DNA from: the human T2T-CHM13v2.0 reference genome, Homo sapiens
Direction: 5' to 3' (one strand)
DNA length: 64,000 nt
NCBI RefSeq assembly: GCF_009914755.1
Contig: NC_060948.1
The notes under the pieces are model-generated. The model saw nothing but the letters and a program-made list of their open reading frames with translations, searched no databases and had not been told where the DNA came from. The translations under genes and the position numbers were made by a program. Positions 19,750-33,900 of the stretch are shown in pieces; position 1 is the stretch's first letter, and every line of letters begins with the position of its first letter.

Positions 19750-22700
19750 AATAGAATGGAATGGAATGGAATTGACTCAAATGGAATGGACTAGAATGGA
19801 ATGGATTCGAATGGAAGGCAAAGGAATGGAATCTATTGGAATGGACTGTAATGGAATGGAATGGAAGGGATTGGAATGGACTCGAATGGAATGGACTGCA
19901 ATAGAAAGGATTCGAATGGAATGAAAAAGAATTGAATGGAATAGAACAGAATGGAATCAAATCGAATGAAATGGAATGGAATAGAAAGGAATGGAATGAA
20001 ATGGAATGGAAAGGATTCGAATGGAATGCAATCGAATGGAATGGAATCGAACGGAATGGAATAAAATGGAAGAAAACTGGCAAGAAATGGAATCGAAATG
20101 AATGGAGTGTTATGGAACGGACTCAAAAGGAATTGAATGTAATAGAATTGAGTGAAGTGGACTCGAATATAATGGACTGGAATGGAATGAAATCACATGG
20201 AATGGGAACGAATGGAATGGAATGGAAAGGAATGGAATCGAATGGAAAGGAATGGAATGGAAGGGAATGAAACTGAATCAACAGGAATGGAAGGGAGTAG
20301 AATAGACGGTAATGGAATGGACTCGAATAGAATGGACACGAATGCACAAATTGAATGGACTCGAATGGAATGGAAACGAAAGGAATGTCATCGAATGGAA
20401 TTGAATCGATTGGAATGAAATCGCATAGAATGGAGTGGAATCAAATGGAATTGAATCGAAAGGAAAGGAAGCGAATGGACTGAAATGGAATGGAATGGAA
20501 TGGAAAGTAATGCAATGGAATAGAATGGAACGAAATTTCACGGAATGGAATCAAACTGAATAGAATCAAATCAATGGAATATAATCAAATGGAATGGAAA
20601 GGAATTGAATGGAGTAGATTGGATTGGATGGGATTGGAATGAAATGGAATGGAAAGGACTCGAATTTCATGAAACGGAATGGAATGAATTGGAACGGAAT
20701 GGACTCGAATGGAATGGAATGTCATGGAATTGCATCAAATGGAATGGCATCAAAGGGAATGGAATCGAATGCAATGGAATGCTATGGAATGGAATGGAAT
20801 GCATTGGAATGGAATGTCCTCTAATGGAATGGATTCGAGTGGAATGGAATCGAATATAATGGAGTCGAATGAAATGGAATTGAAAGGAATGGGATCGAAT
20901 ACAATGGAATATACTGGAATGTAACGTAATGAACTCGAATGTAATTGACTGGAATGGAATGTACACGAATGGAATGTAATCGAATGGAAAGTAATCCAAT
21001 GGAATAGAATCTAATGCAATAAAATCGACTCAAATAGAATAGAATGCAATGGAATGGAGTGCAGTGCAATGGAATGGAATGGAATGGAATGCAATGGAAT
21101 GGAATGGAATGGAATGGAATGCAATGGGATGGAATGGTATGGAATGGATAGTAATGGACTGGAGTGAAATGGACTGGAAAGGAATGGACTCAAATTGAAA
21201 GGTCTCGAAAGGAATGGAGTCAAATGGAATGGTCTGGAATGGAATGAACACGAATGTAATGCAATCCAATAGAATGGAATCGAATGGCATGGAATATAAA
21301 GAAATGGAATCGAAGAGAATGGAAACAAATGGAATGGAATTGAATGGAATGGAATTGAATGGAATGGGAACGAATGGAGTGAAATTGTATGCAGTAGAAG
21401 AGAATAGAATGGAATGCAAGCGAAAGGAAAGGAATGGATTGGAATGGAATGGAATTCATTGGAATGGAAGGGAATGTAGTGTAATGGACAGGCCTGGAAT
21501 AAAGTGGAATGCTACGGTCTCGAATGGAATAAAAATGTATGGAATGGAATGCAATGAAACGGAATCGAATGTCATAGAATGTAATGGAATGCAAAAAAAT
21601 GGAATCCAAAATCATTGACTGGAAAGGCTGGGTGTCGAAAGGAATTGACTCCAATGGAATGGAATCGAATGGAATGGAAGTGAATAGAATCGAACTAAAT
21701 CGAATGGAATGGAATTGATAGGAACGGAATGGAAAGGAATGCAATGATTTGGCATGGAATGGAATCGAATGGCATCGAATGGAATGGAATGGAATGCAAT
21801 GGAATGGAATATATTAGAATGTAATGAACTTTAATGGAATGTACTCGAATGGATTCGACTGGAATGGAATGTTCTGGAAGTGAATGGACTCCAATGGAAT
21901 GGATTCGAAAGGAATAGAATCGTACGGAATGGAATCTAATGGAATGGAATTAAATGGAAATGAATCAAATTGAATAGCACGGAATTGAATTGAATGGAAT
22001 GGAATGCAATGGAATCTAATGAAACGGAAAGGAAAGGAATGGAATGGAATGGAATGGGCTGGAATGGAAAGGAATCGAAACGAATGGAATGGAATCGAAC
22101 TGAAGAGACTGGAATGGAATGCACTGGAATGGAAGGGAGTGTAATGGAAGGTTCTCGAAAAAAATGGAATCGAATGGAATGGAATTGAATGGAACGGAAT
22201 AGAGTCGAATGGAATTGAATGGAATGGAATGGACTAGAGTGAAATGGAATCGAACCACAAGGAATGGACAGGAATAGAATGGTCTCGAATTGAATGGAAT
22301 CGTATGGAATGGCATCAAACGGAATGGAATGGACAGCCACGGAATGGAATGCACTCGAATGCAATGGAGTCGAAACTAATGGACTGGAATAGAATGGACT
22401 CGACTGGTACGGACTCCAATGGAATGGAATCGAATGCAAGGGAATCGAACGGAATGGACTCGAAGGGAAAAGACTGCAATGGAAAGGTCTCGAATGGAAT
22501 GGAAATTAATGGAATGGATTGGAATCGAATGAAATGGAGTCAAAAGGAATGGAATCGAATGGCAAGAAATCAAATGTAATGGAATCGCAAGGAATTGATG
22601 TGAACGGAACGGAATGGAATGGAATCCAAAGGAATGGAATAGAATGGAATGGAATCGAATGGAAAGGACTCGAATGGAAATCACTCGAATAGAATGCAAT

Positions 22701-25700
22701 TTAATAAAATAGGATCAAATGTAATGGAATGGAATGGAAAGGAATCGAAACGAAAGGAATGGAGACAGATGGAATGGAATGGAACAGAGAGCAATGGTAT
22801 AGAATGGAATGGAATCATCTGGAATGGAATTGAATGGAATGGAATAACATGAAATGGAATGGAATGGAATGGAATGCCCTTGAATTAAATGGACTGGAAT
22901 GGAATGGACTCGAACAGAGTGGAATGGAAAGTGTTGAAATATAATGGAATGGACTCCTTTGGAATGGTCTAGTGTGCAATGCAATCGACTGGCAGGGAAT
23001 CAAAAGGAATGTAATCGAATGGATTGGACTGGAATGCAATGGATTCGAATAGATTGGAAACGGAATGCAAAGGAATGGAATGGAATAGTATGGAATGGAA
23101 TGGAAAGTAATGGAGTGGAATAGACTAGAGTGGAATGGAATGGACTGGAAAGCAATGGACTGGAATGGAACTTTCTTGAATGGAGTGGAATCAAACGGAA
23201 TGGAATGCACTGCAATCAAATGGCATGGAATAAAATAGAATGAAAGAGAATCAAACGGAATTGAATCGAATGGAATCGAATGGATTGGAAAGGAATAGAA
23301 TGGAATGGAATGGAATTGACTCAAATGGAATGGACTAGAATGGAATGGATTCGAATGGAAGGCAAAGGAATGGAATCTATTGGAATGGACTGTAATGGAA
23401 TGGAATGGAAGGGATTGGAATGGACTCGAATGGAATGGACTGCAATAGAAAGGATTCGAATGGAATGAAAAAGAATTGAATGGAATAGAACAGAATGGAA
23501 TCAAATCGAATGAAATTGAATGGAATAGTAAGGAATGGAATGAAATGGAATGGAAAGGATTCGAATGGAATGCAATCGAATGGAATGCAATCGAATGGAA
23601 TGGAATCGAACGGAATGGAATAAAATGGAAGAAAACTGGCAAGAAATGGAATCGAAATGAATGGAGTGTTATGGAACGGACTCAAAAGGAATTGAATGTA
23701 ATAGAATGGAGTGGAGTGGACTCGAATATAATGGACTGGAATGGAATGAAATCACATGGAATGGGAACGAATGGAATGGAATGGAAAGGAATGGAATCGA
23801 ATGGAAAGGAATCGAATGGAAGGGAATGAAATTGAATCAACAGGAATGGAAGGGAATAGAATAGACGGTAATGGAATGGACTCGAATAGAATGGACACGA
23901 ATGCTCACATTGAATGGACTCGAGTGGAATGGAAACGAAACGAATGTCATCGAATGGAATTGAATCGATTGGAATGAAATCGCATAGAATGGACTGGAAT
24001 CAAATGGAATTGAGTCGAAAGGAAAGGAAGCGAATGGACTGAAATGAAATGGAATGGAATTGAATGGAAAGTAATGCAATGGAATAGAATGGAACGAAAT
24101 TTCACGGAATGGAATCAAACTGAATGGAATCAAATCAATGGAATATAATCAAATGGAATGGAAAGGAATTGAATGGAGTAGATGGGACTGGATGGGATTG
24201 GAATGAAATGTACTGGAAAGGACTCGAATTTCATGAAACGGAATGGAATGAATTGGAACGGAATGGACTCGATTGGAATGGAATGTCATGGAATGGCATC
24301 AAATGGAATGGAATCGAATGCAATGGAATGCTATGGAATGGAATGGAATGCATTGGAATGGAATGTCCTCTAATGGAATGGATTCGAGTGGAATGGAATC
24401 GAATATAATGGAGTCGAATGAAATGGAATTGAAAGGAATGGGATCGAATACAATGGAATATACTGGAATGTAACGTAATGAACTCGAATGTAATTGACTG
24501 GAATGGAATGTACATGAATGGAATGTAATCGAATGGAAAGTAATCCAATGGAATAGAATCTAATGCAATAAAATCGACTCAAATAGAATAGAATGCAATG
24601 GAATGGAGTGCAGTGCAATGGAATGGAAGGGAATGGAATGCAATGGAATGGAATGTAATGGAATGGAATGGAATGGGATGGAATGGTATGGAATGGATAG
24701 TAATGGACTGGAGTGAAATGGACTGGAAAGGAATGGACTCAAATTGAAAGGGCTCGAAAGGAATGCAGTCAAATGGAATGATCTGGAATGGAATGAACAC
24801 GAATGTAATGCAATCCAATAGAATGGAATCGAATGGCATGGAATATAAAGAAATGGAATCGAAGAGAATGGAAACAAATGGAATGGAATTGAATGGAATG
24901 GAATTGAATGGAATGAGAATGAATGGAGTGAAATTGTATGCAGTAGAAGAGAATAGAATGGAATGCAAGCGAAAGGAAAGGAATGGATTGGAATGGAATG
25001 GAATTCATTGGAATGGAAGGGAATGTAGTGTAATGGACAGGCCTGGAATAAAGTGGAATGCTACGGTCTCGAATGGAATAAAAATGTATGGAATGGAATG
25101 CAATGAAACGGAATCGAATGTCATAGAATGTAATGGAATGCAAAAAAATGGAATCCAAAATCATTGACTGGAAAGGCTGGGTGTCGAAAGGAATTGACTC
25201 CAATGGAATGGAATCGAATGGAATGGAAGTGAATAGAATCGAACTAAATCGAATGGAATGGAATTGATAGGAACGGAATGGAAAGGAATGCAATGATTTG
25301 GCATGGAATGGAATCGAATGGCATCGAATGGAATGGAATGGAATGCAATGGAATGGAATGTATTAGAATGTAATGAACTTTAATGGAATGTACTCGAATG
25401 GATTCGACTGGAATGGAATGTTCTGGAAGTGAATGGACTCCAATGGAATGGATTCGAAAGGAATGGAATCGTACGGAATGGAATCTAATGGAATGGAATT
25501 AAATGGAAATGAATCAAATTGAATAGCACGGAACTGAATTGAATGGAATCGAATGCAATGGAATCTAATGAAACGGAAAGGAAAGGAATGGAATGGAATG
25601 GAATGGGCTGGAATGGAATGGAATCGAAACAAATGGAATGGAATCGAACTGAAGAGACTGGAATGGAATGCACTGGAATGGAAGGGAGTGTAATGGAAGG

Positions 25701-28700
25701 TTCTCGAAAAAAATGGAATCGAATGGAATGGAATTGAATGGAACGGAATAGAGTCGAATGGAATTGAATGGAATGGAATGGACTAGAGTGAAATGGAATC
25801 GAACCACAAGGAATGGACAGGAATAGAATGGTCTCGAATTGAATGGAATCGTATGGAATGGCATCAAACGGAATGGAATGGACAGCCACGGAATGGAATG
25901 CACTCGAATGCAATGGAGTCGAAACTAATGGACTGGAATAGAATGGACTCGACTGGTACGGACTCCAATGGAATGGAATCGAATGGAAGGGAATCGAACG
26001 GAATGGACTCGAAGGCAAAAGACTGCAATGGAAAGGTGTCGAATGGAATGGAAATTAATGGAATGGAATGGAATCGAATGAAATGGAGTCAAAAGGAATG
26101 GAATCGAATGGCAAGAAATCGAATGTAATGGAATCGCAAGGAATTGATGTGAACGGAACGGAATGGAATGGAATCCAAAGGAATGGAATAGAATGGAATG
26201 GAATCGAATGGAAAGGACTCGAATGGAAATCACTCGAATAGAATGCAATTTAATAAAATAGGATCAAATGTAATGGAATGGAATGGAAAGGAATCGAAAC
26301 GAAAGGAATGGAGACAGATGGAATGGAATGGAACAGAGAGCAATGGTATAGAATGGAATGGAATCATCTGGAATGGAATTGAATGGAATGGAATAACATG
26401 AAATGGAATGGAATGGAATGGAATGCCTTTGAATTAAATGGACTGGAATGGAATGGTCTCGAACAGAGTGGAATGGAAAGTATTGGAATAGAATGGAATG
26501 GACTCGTTTGGAATGGTGTAGTATGCAATGCAATCGACTGGCAGGGAATCAAAAGGAATGTAATCGAATGGATTGGACTGGAATGCAATGGACTCGAATA
26601 GATTGGAAACGGAATGCAAAGGAATGGAATGGAATAGTATGGAATGGAATGGAAAGGAATGGAGTGGAATAGACTAGAGTGGAATGGAATGGACTGGAAA
26701 GCAATGGACTGGAATGGAACTTTCTTGAATGGACTGGAATCAAACGGAATGGAATGCAATGCAATCAAATGGCATGGAATAAAATAGAATGAAAGAGAAT
26801 CAAATGGAATTGAATCGAATGGAATCGAATGGATTGGAAAGGAATAGAATGGAATGGAATGGAATTGACTCAAATGGAATGGACTAGAATGGAATGGATT
26901 CGAATGGAAGGCAAAGGAATGGAATCTATTGGAATGGACTGTAATGGAATGGAATGGAAGGGATTGGAATGGACTCGAATGGAATGGACTGCAATAGAAA
27001 GGATTCGAATGGAATGAAAAAGAATTGAATGGAATAGAACAGAATGGAATCAAATCGAATGAAATGGAATGGAATAGAAAGGAATGGAATGAAATGGAAT
27101 GGAAAGGATTTGAATGGAATGCAATCGAATGGAATGGAATCGAACGGAAAGGAATAAAATGGAAGAAAACTGGCAAGAAATGGAATCGAAATGAATGGAG
27201 TGTTATGGAACGGACTCAAAAGGAATTGAATGTAATAGAATTGAGTGAAGTGGACTCGAATATAATGGACTGGAATGGAATGAAATCACATGGAATGGGA
27301 ACGAATGGAATGGAATGGAAAGGAATGGAATCGAATGGAAAGGAATGGAATGGAAGGGAATGAAACTGAATCAACAGGAATGGAAGGGAGTAGAATAGAC
27401 GGTAATGGAATGGACTCGAATAGAATGGACACGAATGCACAAATTGAATGGACTCGAATGGAATGGAAACGAAAGGAATGTCATCGAATGGAATTGAATC
27501 GATTGGAATGAAATCGCATAGAATGGAGTGGAATCAAATGGAATTGAATCGAAAGGAAAGGAAGCGAATGGACTGAAATGGAATGGAATGGAATGGAAAG
27601 TAATGCAATGGAATAGAATGGAACGAAATTTCACGGAATGGAATCAAACTGAATAGAATCAAATCAATGGAATATAATCAAATGGAATGGAAAGGAATTG
27701 AATGGAGTAGATTGGATTGGATGGGATTGGAATGAAATGGAATGGAAAGGACTCGAATTTCATGAAACGGAATGGAATGAATTGGAACGGAATGGACTCG
27801 AATGGAATGGAATGTCATGGAATTGCATCAAATGGAATGGCATCAAAGGGAATGGAATCGAATGCAATGGAATGCTATGGAATGGAATGGAATGCATTGG
27901 AATGGAATGTCCTCTAATGGAATGGATTCGAGTGGAATGGAATCGAATATAATGGAGTCGAATGAAATGGAATTGAAAGGAATGGGATCGAATACAATGG
28001 AATATACTGGAATGTAACGTAATGAACTCGAATGTAATTGACTGGAATGGAATGTACACGAATGGAATGTAATCGAATGGAAAGTAATCCAATGGAATAG
28101 AATCTAATGCAATAAAATCGACTCAAATAGAATAGAATGCAATGGAATGGAGTGCAGTGCAATGGAATGGAATGGAATGGAATGCAATGGAATGGAATGG
28201 AATGGAATGGAATGCAATGGGATGGAATGGTATGGAATGGATAGTAATGGACTGGAGTGAAATGGACTGGAAAGGAATGGACTCAAATTGAAAGGTCTCG
28301 AAAGGAATGGAGTCAAATGGAATGGTCTGGAATGGAATGAACACGAATGTAATGCAATCCAATAGAATGGAATCGAATGGCATGGAATATAAAGAAATGG
28401 AATCGAAGAGAATGGAAACAAATGGAATGGAATTGAATGGAATGGAATTGAATGGAATGGGAACGAATGGAGTGAAATTGTATGCAGTAGAAGAGAATAG
28501 AATGGAATGCAAGCGAAAGGAAAGGAATGGATTGGAATGGAATGGAATTCATTGGAATGGAAGGGAATGTAGTGTAATGGACAGGCCTGGAATAAAGTGG
28601 AATGCTACGGTCTCGAATGGAATAAAAATGTATGGAATGGAATGCAATGAAACGGAATCGAATGTCATAGAATGTAATGGAATGCAAAAAAATGGAATCC

Positions 28701-31700
28701 AAAATCATTGACTGGAAAGGCTGGGTGTCGAAAGGAATTGACTCCAATGGAATGGAATCGAATGGAATGGAAGTGAATAGAATCGAACTAAATCGAATGG
28801 AATGGAATTGATAGGAACGGAATGGAAAGGAATGCAATGATTTGGCATGGAATGGAATCGAATGGCATCGAATGGAATGGAATGGAATGCAATGGAATGG
28901 AATATATTAGAATGTAATGAACTTTAATGGAATGTACTCGAATGGATTCGACTGGAATGGAATGTTCTGGAAGTGAATGGACTCCAATGGAATGGATTCG
29001 AAAGGAATAGAATCGTACGGAATGGAATCTAATGGAATGGAATTAAATGGAAATGAATCAAATTGAATAGCACGGAATTGAATTGAATGGAATGGAATGC
29101 AATGGAATCTAATGAAACGGAAAGGAAAGGAATGGAATGGAATGGAATGGGCTGGAATGGAAAGGAATCGAAACGAATGGAATGGAATCGAACTGAAGAG
29201 ACTGGAATGGAATGCACTGGAATGGAAGGGAGTGTAATGGAAGGTTCTCGAAAAAAATGGAATCGAATGGAATGGAATTGAATGGAACGGAATAGAGTCG
29301 AATGGAATTGAATGGAATGGAATGGACTAGAGTGAAATGGAATCGAACCACAAGGAATGGACAGGAATAGAATGGTCTCGAATTGAATGGAATCGTATGG
29401 AATGGCATCAAACGGAATGGAATGGACAGCCACGGAATGGAATGCACTCGAATGCAATGGAGTCGAAACTAATGGACTGGAATAGAATGGACTCGACTGG
29501 TACGGACTCCAATGGAATGGAATCGAATGCAAGGGAATCGAACGGAATGGACTCGAAGGGAAAAGACTGCAATGGAAAGGTCTCGAATGGAATGGAAATT
29601 AATGGAATGGATTGGAATCGAATGAAATGGAGTCAAAAGGAATGGAATCGAATGGCAAGAAATCAAATGTAATGGAATCGCAAGGAATTGATGTGAACGG
29701 AACGGAATGGAATGGAATCCAAAGGAATGGAATAGAATGGAATGGAATCGAATGGAAAGGACTCGAATGGAAATCACTCGAATAGAATGCAATTTAATAA
29801 AATAGGATCAAATGTAATGGAATGGAATGGAAAGGAATCGAAATGAAAGGAATGGAGACAGATGGAATGGAATGGAACAGAGAGCAATGGTATAGAATGG
29901 AATGGAATCATCTGGAATGGAATTGAATGGAATGGAATAACATGAAATGGAATGGAATGGAATGGAATGCCCTTGAATTAAATGGACTGGAATGGAATGG
30001 ACTCGAACAGAGTGGAATGGAAAGTGTTGAAATATAATGGAATGGACTCCTTTGGAATGGTCTAGTATGCAATGCAATCGACTGGCAGGGAATCAAAAGG
30101 AATGTAATCGAATGGATTGGACTGGAATGCAATGGATTCGAATAGATTGGAAACGGAATGCAAAGGAATGGAATGGAATAGTATGGAATGGAATGGAAAG
30201 TAATGGAGTGGAATAGACTAGAGTGGAATGGAATGGACTGGAAAGCAATGGACTGGAATGGAACTTTCTTGAATGGAGTGGAATCAAACGGAATGGAATG
30301 CACTGCAATCAAATGGCATGGAATAAAATAGAATGAAAGAGAATCAAACGGAATTGAATCGAATGGAATCGAATGGATTGGAAAGGAATAGAATGGAATG
30401 GAATGGAATTGACTCAAATGGAATGGACTAGAATGGAATGGATTCGAATGGAAGGCAAAGGAATGGAATCTATTGGAATGGACTGTAATGGAATGGAATG
30501 GAAGGGATTGGAATGGACTCGAATGGAATGGACTGCAATAGAAAGGATTCGAATGGAATGAAAAAGAATTGAATGGAATAGAACAGAATGGAATCAAATC
30601 GAATGAAATTGAATGGAATAGTAAGGAATGGAATGAAATGGAATGGAAAGGATTCGAATGGAATGCAATCGAATGGAATGCAATCGAATGGAATGGAATC
30701 GAACGGAATGGAATAAAATGGAAGAAAACTGGCAAGAAATGGAATCGAAATGAATGGAGTGTTATGGAACGGACTCAAAAGGAATTGAATGTAATAGAAT
30801 GGAGTGGAGTGGACTCGAATATAATGGACTGGAATGGAATGAAATCACATGGAATGGGAACGAATGGAATGGAATGGAAAGGAATGGAATCGAATGGAAA
30901 GGAATCGAATGGAAGGGAATGAAATTGAATCAACAGGAATGGAAGGGAATAGAATAGACGGTAATGGAATGGACTCGAATAGAATGGACACGAATGCTCA
31001 CATTGAATGGACTCGAGTGGAATGGAAACGAAACGAATGTCATCGAATGGAATTGAATCGATTGGAATGAAATCGCATAGAATGGACTGGAATCAAATGG
31101 AATTGAGTCGAAAGGAAAGGAAGCGAATGGACTGAAATGAAATGGAATGGAATTGAATGGAAAGTAATGCAATGGAATAGAATGGAACGAAATTTCACGG
31201 AATGGAATCAAACTGAATGGAATCAAATCAATGGAATATAATCAAATGGAATGGAAAGGAATTGAATGGAGTAGATGGGACTGGATGGGATTGGAATGAA
31301 ATGTACTGGAAAGGACTCGAATTTCATGAAACGGAATGGAATGAATTGGAACGGAATGGACTCGATTGGAATGGAATGTCATGGAATGGCATCAAATGGA
31401 ATGGAATCGAATGCAATGGAATGCTATGGAATGGAATGGAATGCATTGGAATGGAATGTCCTCTAATGGAATGGATTCGAGTGGAATGGAATCGAATATA
31501 ATGGAGTCGAATGAAATGGAATTGAAAGGAATGGGATCGAATACAATGGAATATACTGGAATGTAACGTAATGAACTCGAATGTAATTGACTGGAATGGA
31601 ATGTACATGAATGGAATGTAATCGAATGGAAAGTAATCCAATGGAATAGAATCTAATGCAATAAAATCGACTCAAATAGAATAGAATGGAATGGAATGGA

Positions 31701-33900
31701 GTGCAGTGCAATGGAATGGAAGGGAATGGAATGCAATGGAATGGAATGTAATGGAATGGAATGGAATGGGATGGAATGGTATGGAATGGATAGTAATGGA
31801 CTGGAGTGAAATGGACTGGAAAGGAATGGACTCAAATTGAAAGGGCTCGAAAGGAATGCAGTCAAATGGAATGATCTGGAATGGAATGAACACGAATGTA
31901 ATGCAATCCAATAGAATGGAATCGAATGGCATGGAATATAAAGAAATGGAATCGAAGAGAATGGAAACAAATGGAATGGAATTGAATGGAATGGAATTGA
32001 ATGGAATGAGAATGAATGGAGTGAAATTGTATGCAGTAGAAGAGAATAGAATGGAATGCAAGCGAAAGGAAAGGAATGGATTGGAATGGAATGGAATTCA
32101 TTGGAATGGAAGGGAATGTAGTGTAATGGACAGGCCTGGAATAAAGTGGAATGCTACGGTCTCGAATGGAATAAAAATGTATGGAATGGAATGCAATGAA
32201 ACGGAATCGAATGTCATAGAATGTAATGGAATGCAAAAAAATGGAATCCAAAATCATTGACTGGAAAGGCTGGGTGTCGAAAGGAATTGACTCCAATGGA
32301 ATGGAATCGAATGGAATGGAAGTGAATAGAATCGAACTAAATCGAATGGAATGGAATTGATAGGAACGGAATGGAAAGGAATGCAATGATTTGGCATGGA
32401 ATGGAATCGAATGGCATCGAATGGAATGGAATGGAATGCAATGGAATGGAATGTATTAGAATGTAATGAACTTTAATGGAATGTACTCGAATGGATTCGA
32501 CTGGAATGGAATGTTCTGGAAGTGAATGGACTCCAATGGAATGGATTCGAAAGGAATGGAATCGTACGGAATGGAATCTAATGGAATGGAATTAAATGGA
32601 AATGAATCAAATTGAATAGCACGGAACTGAATTGAATGGAATCGAATGCAATGGAATCTAATGAAACGGAAAGGAAAGGAATGGAATGGAATGGAATGGG
32701 CTGGAATGGAATGGAATCGAACTGAAGAGACTGGAATGGAATGCACTGGAATGGAAGGGAGTGTAATGGAAGGTTCTCGAAAAAAATGGAATCGAATGGA
32801 ATGGAATTGAATGGAACGGAATAGAGTCGAATGGAATTGAATGGAATGGAATGGACTAGAGTGAAATGGAATCGAACCACAAGGAATGGACAGGAATAGA
32901 ATGGTCTCGAATTGAATGGAATCGTATGGAATGGCATCAAACGGAATGGAATGGACAGCCACGGAATGGAATGCACTCGAATGCAATGGAGTCGAAACTA
33001 ATGGACTGGAATAGAATGGACTCGACTGGTACGGACTCCAATGGAATGGAATCGAATGGAAGGGAATCGAACGGAATGGACTCGAAGGCAAAAGACTGCA
33101 ATGGAAAGGTGTCGAATGGAATGGAAATTAATGGAATGGAATGGAATCGAATGAAATGGAGTCAAAAGGAATGGAATCGAATGGCAAGAAATCGAATGTA
33201 ATGGAATCGCAAGGAATTGATGTGAACGGAACGGAATGGAATGGAATCCAAAGGAATGGAATAGAATGGAATGGAATCGAATGGAAAGGACTCGAATGGA
33301 AATCACTCGAATAGAATGCAATTTAATAAAATAGGATCAAATGTAATGGAATGGAATGGAAAGGAATCGAAACGAAAGGAATGGAGACAGATGGAATGGA
33401 ATGGAACAGAGAGCAATGGTATAGAATGGAATGGAATCATCTGGAATGGAATTGAATGGAATGGAATAACATGAAATGGAATGGAATGGAATGGAATGCC
33501 TTTGAATTAAATGGACTGGAATGGAATGGTCTCGAACAGAGTGGAATGGAAAGTGTTGGAATAGAATGGAATGGACTCGTTTGGAATGGTGTAGTATGCA
33601 ATGCAATCGACTGGCAGGGAATCAAAAGGAATGTAATCGAATGGATTGGACTGGAATGCAATGGACTCGAATAGATTGGAAACGGAATGCAAAGGAATGG
33701 AATGGAATAGTATGGAATGGAATGGAAAGGAATGGAGTGGAATAGACTAGAGTGGAATGGAATGGACTGGAAAGCAATGGACTGGAATGGAACTTTCTTG
33801 AATGGACTGGAATCAAACGGAATGGAATGCAATGCAATCAAATGGCATGGAATAAAATAGAATGAAAGAGAATCAAATGGAATTGAATCGAATGGAATCG
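19750..33900 (+). repeat. Tandem duplication of a DYZ1 dimer (period 7093 bp); ends approximate
   Basis: Identical ORF-track peptides at 19932/27025, 20605/27698, 23476/30569 and 24763/31856. Confidence 0.88.
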
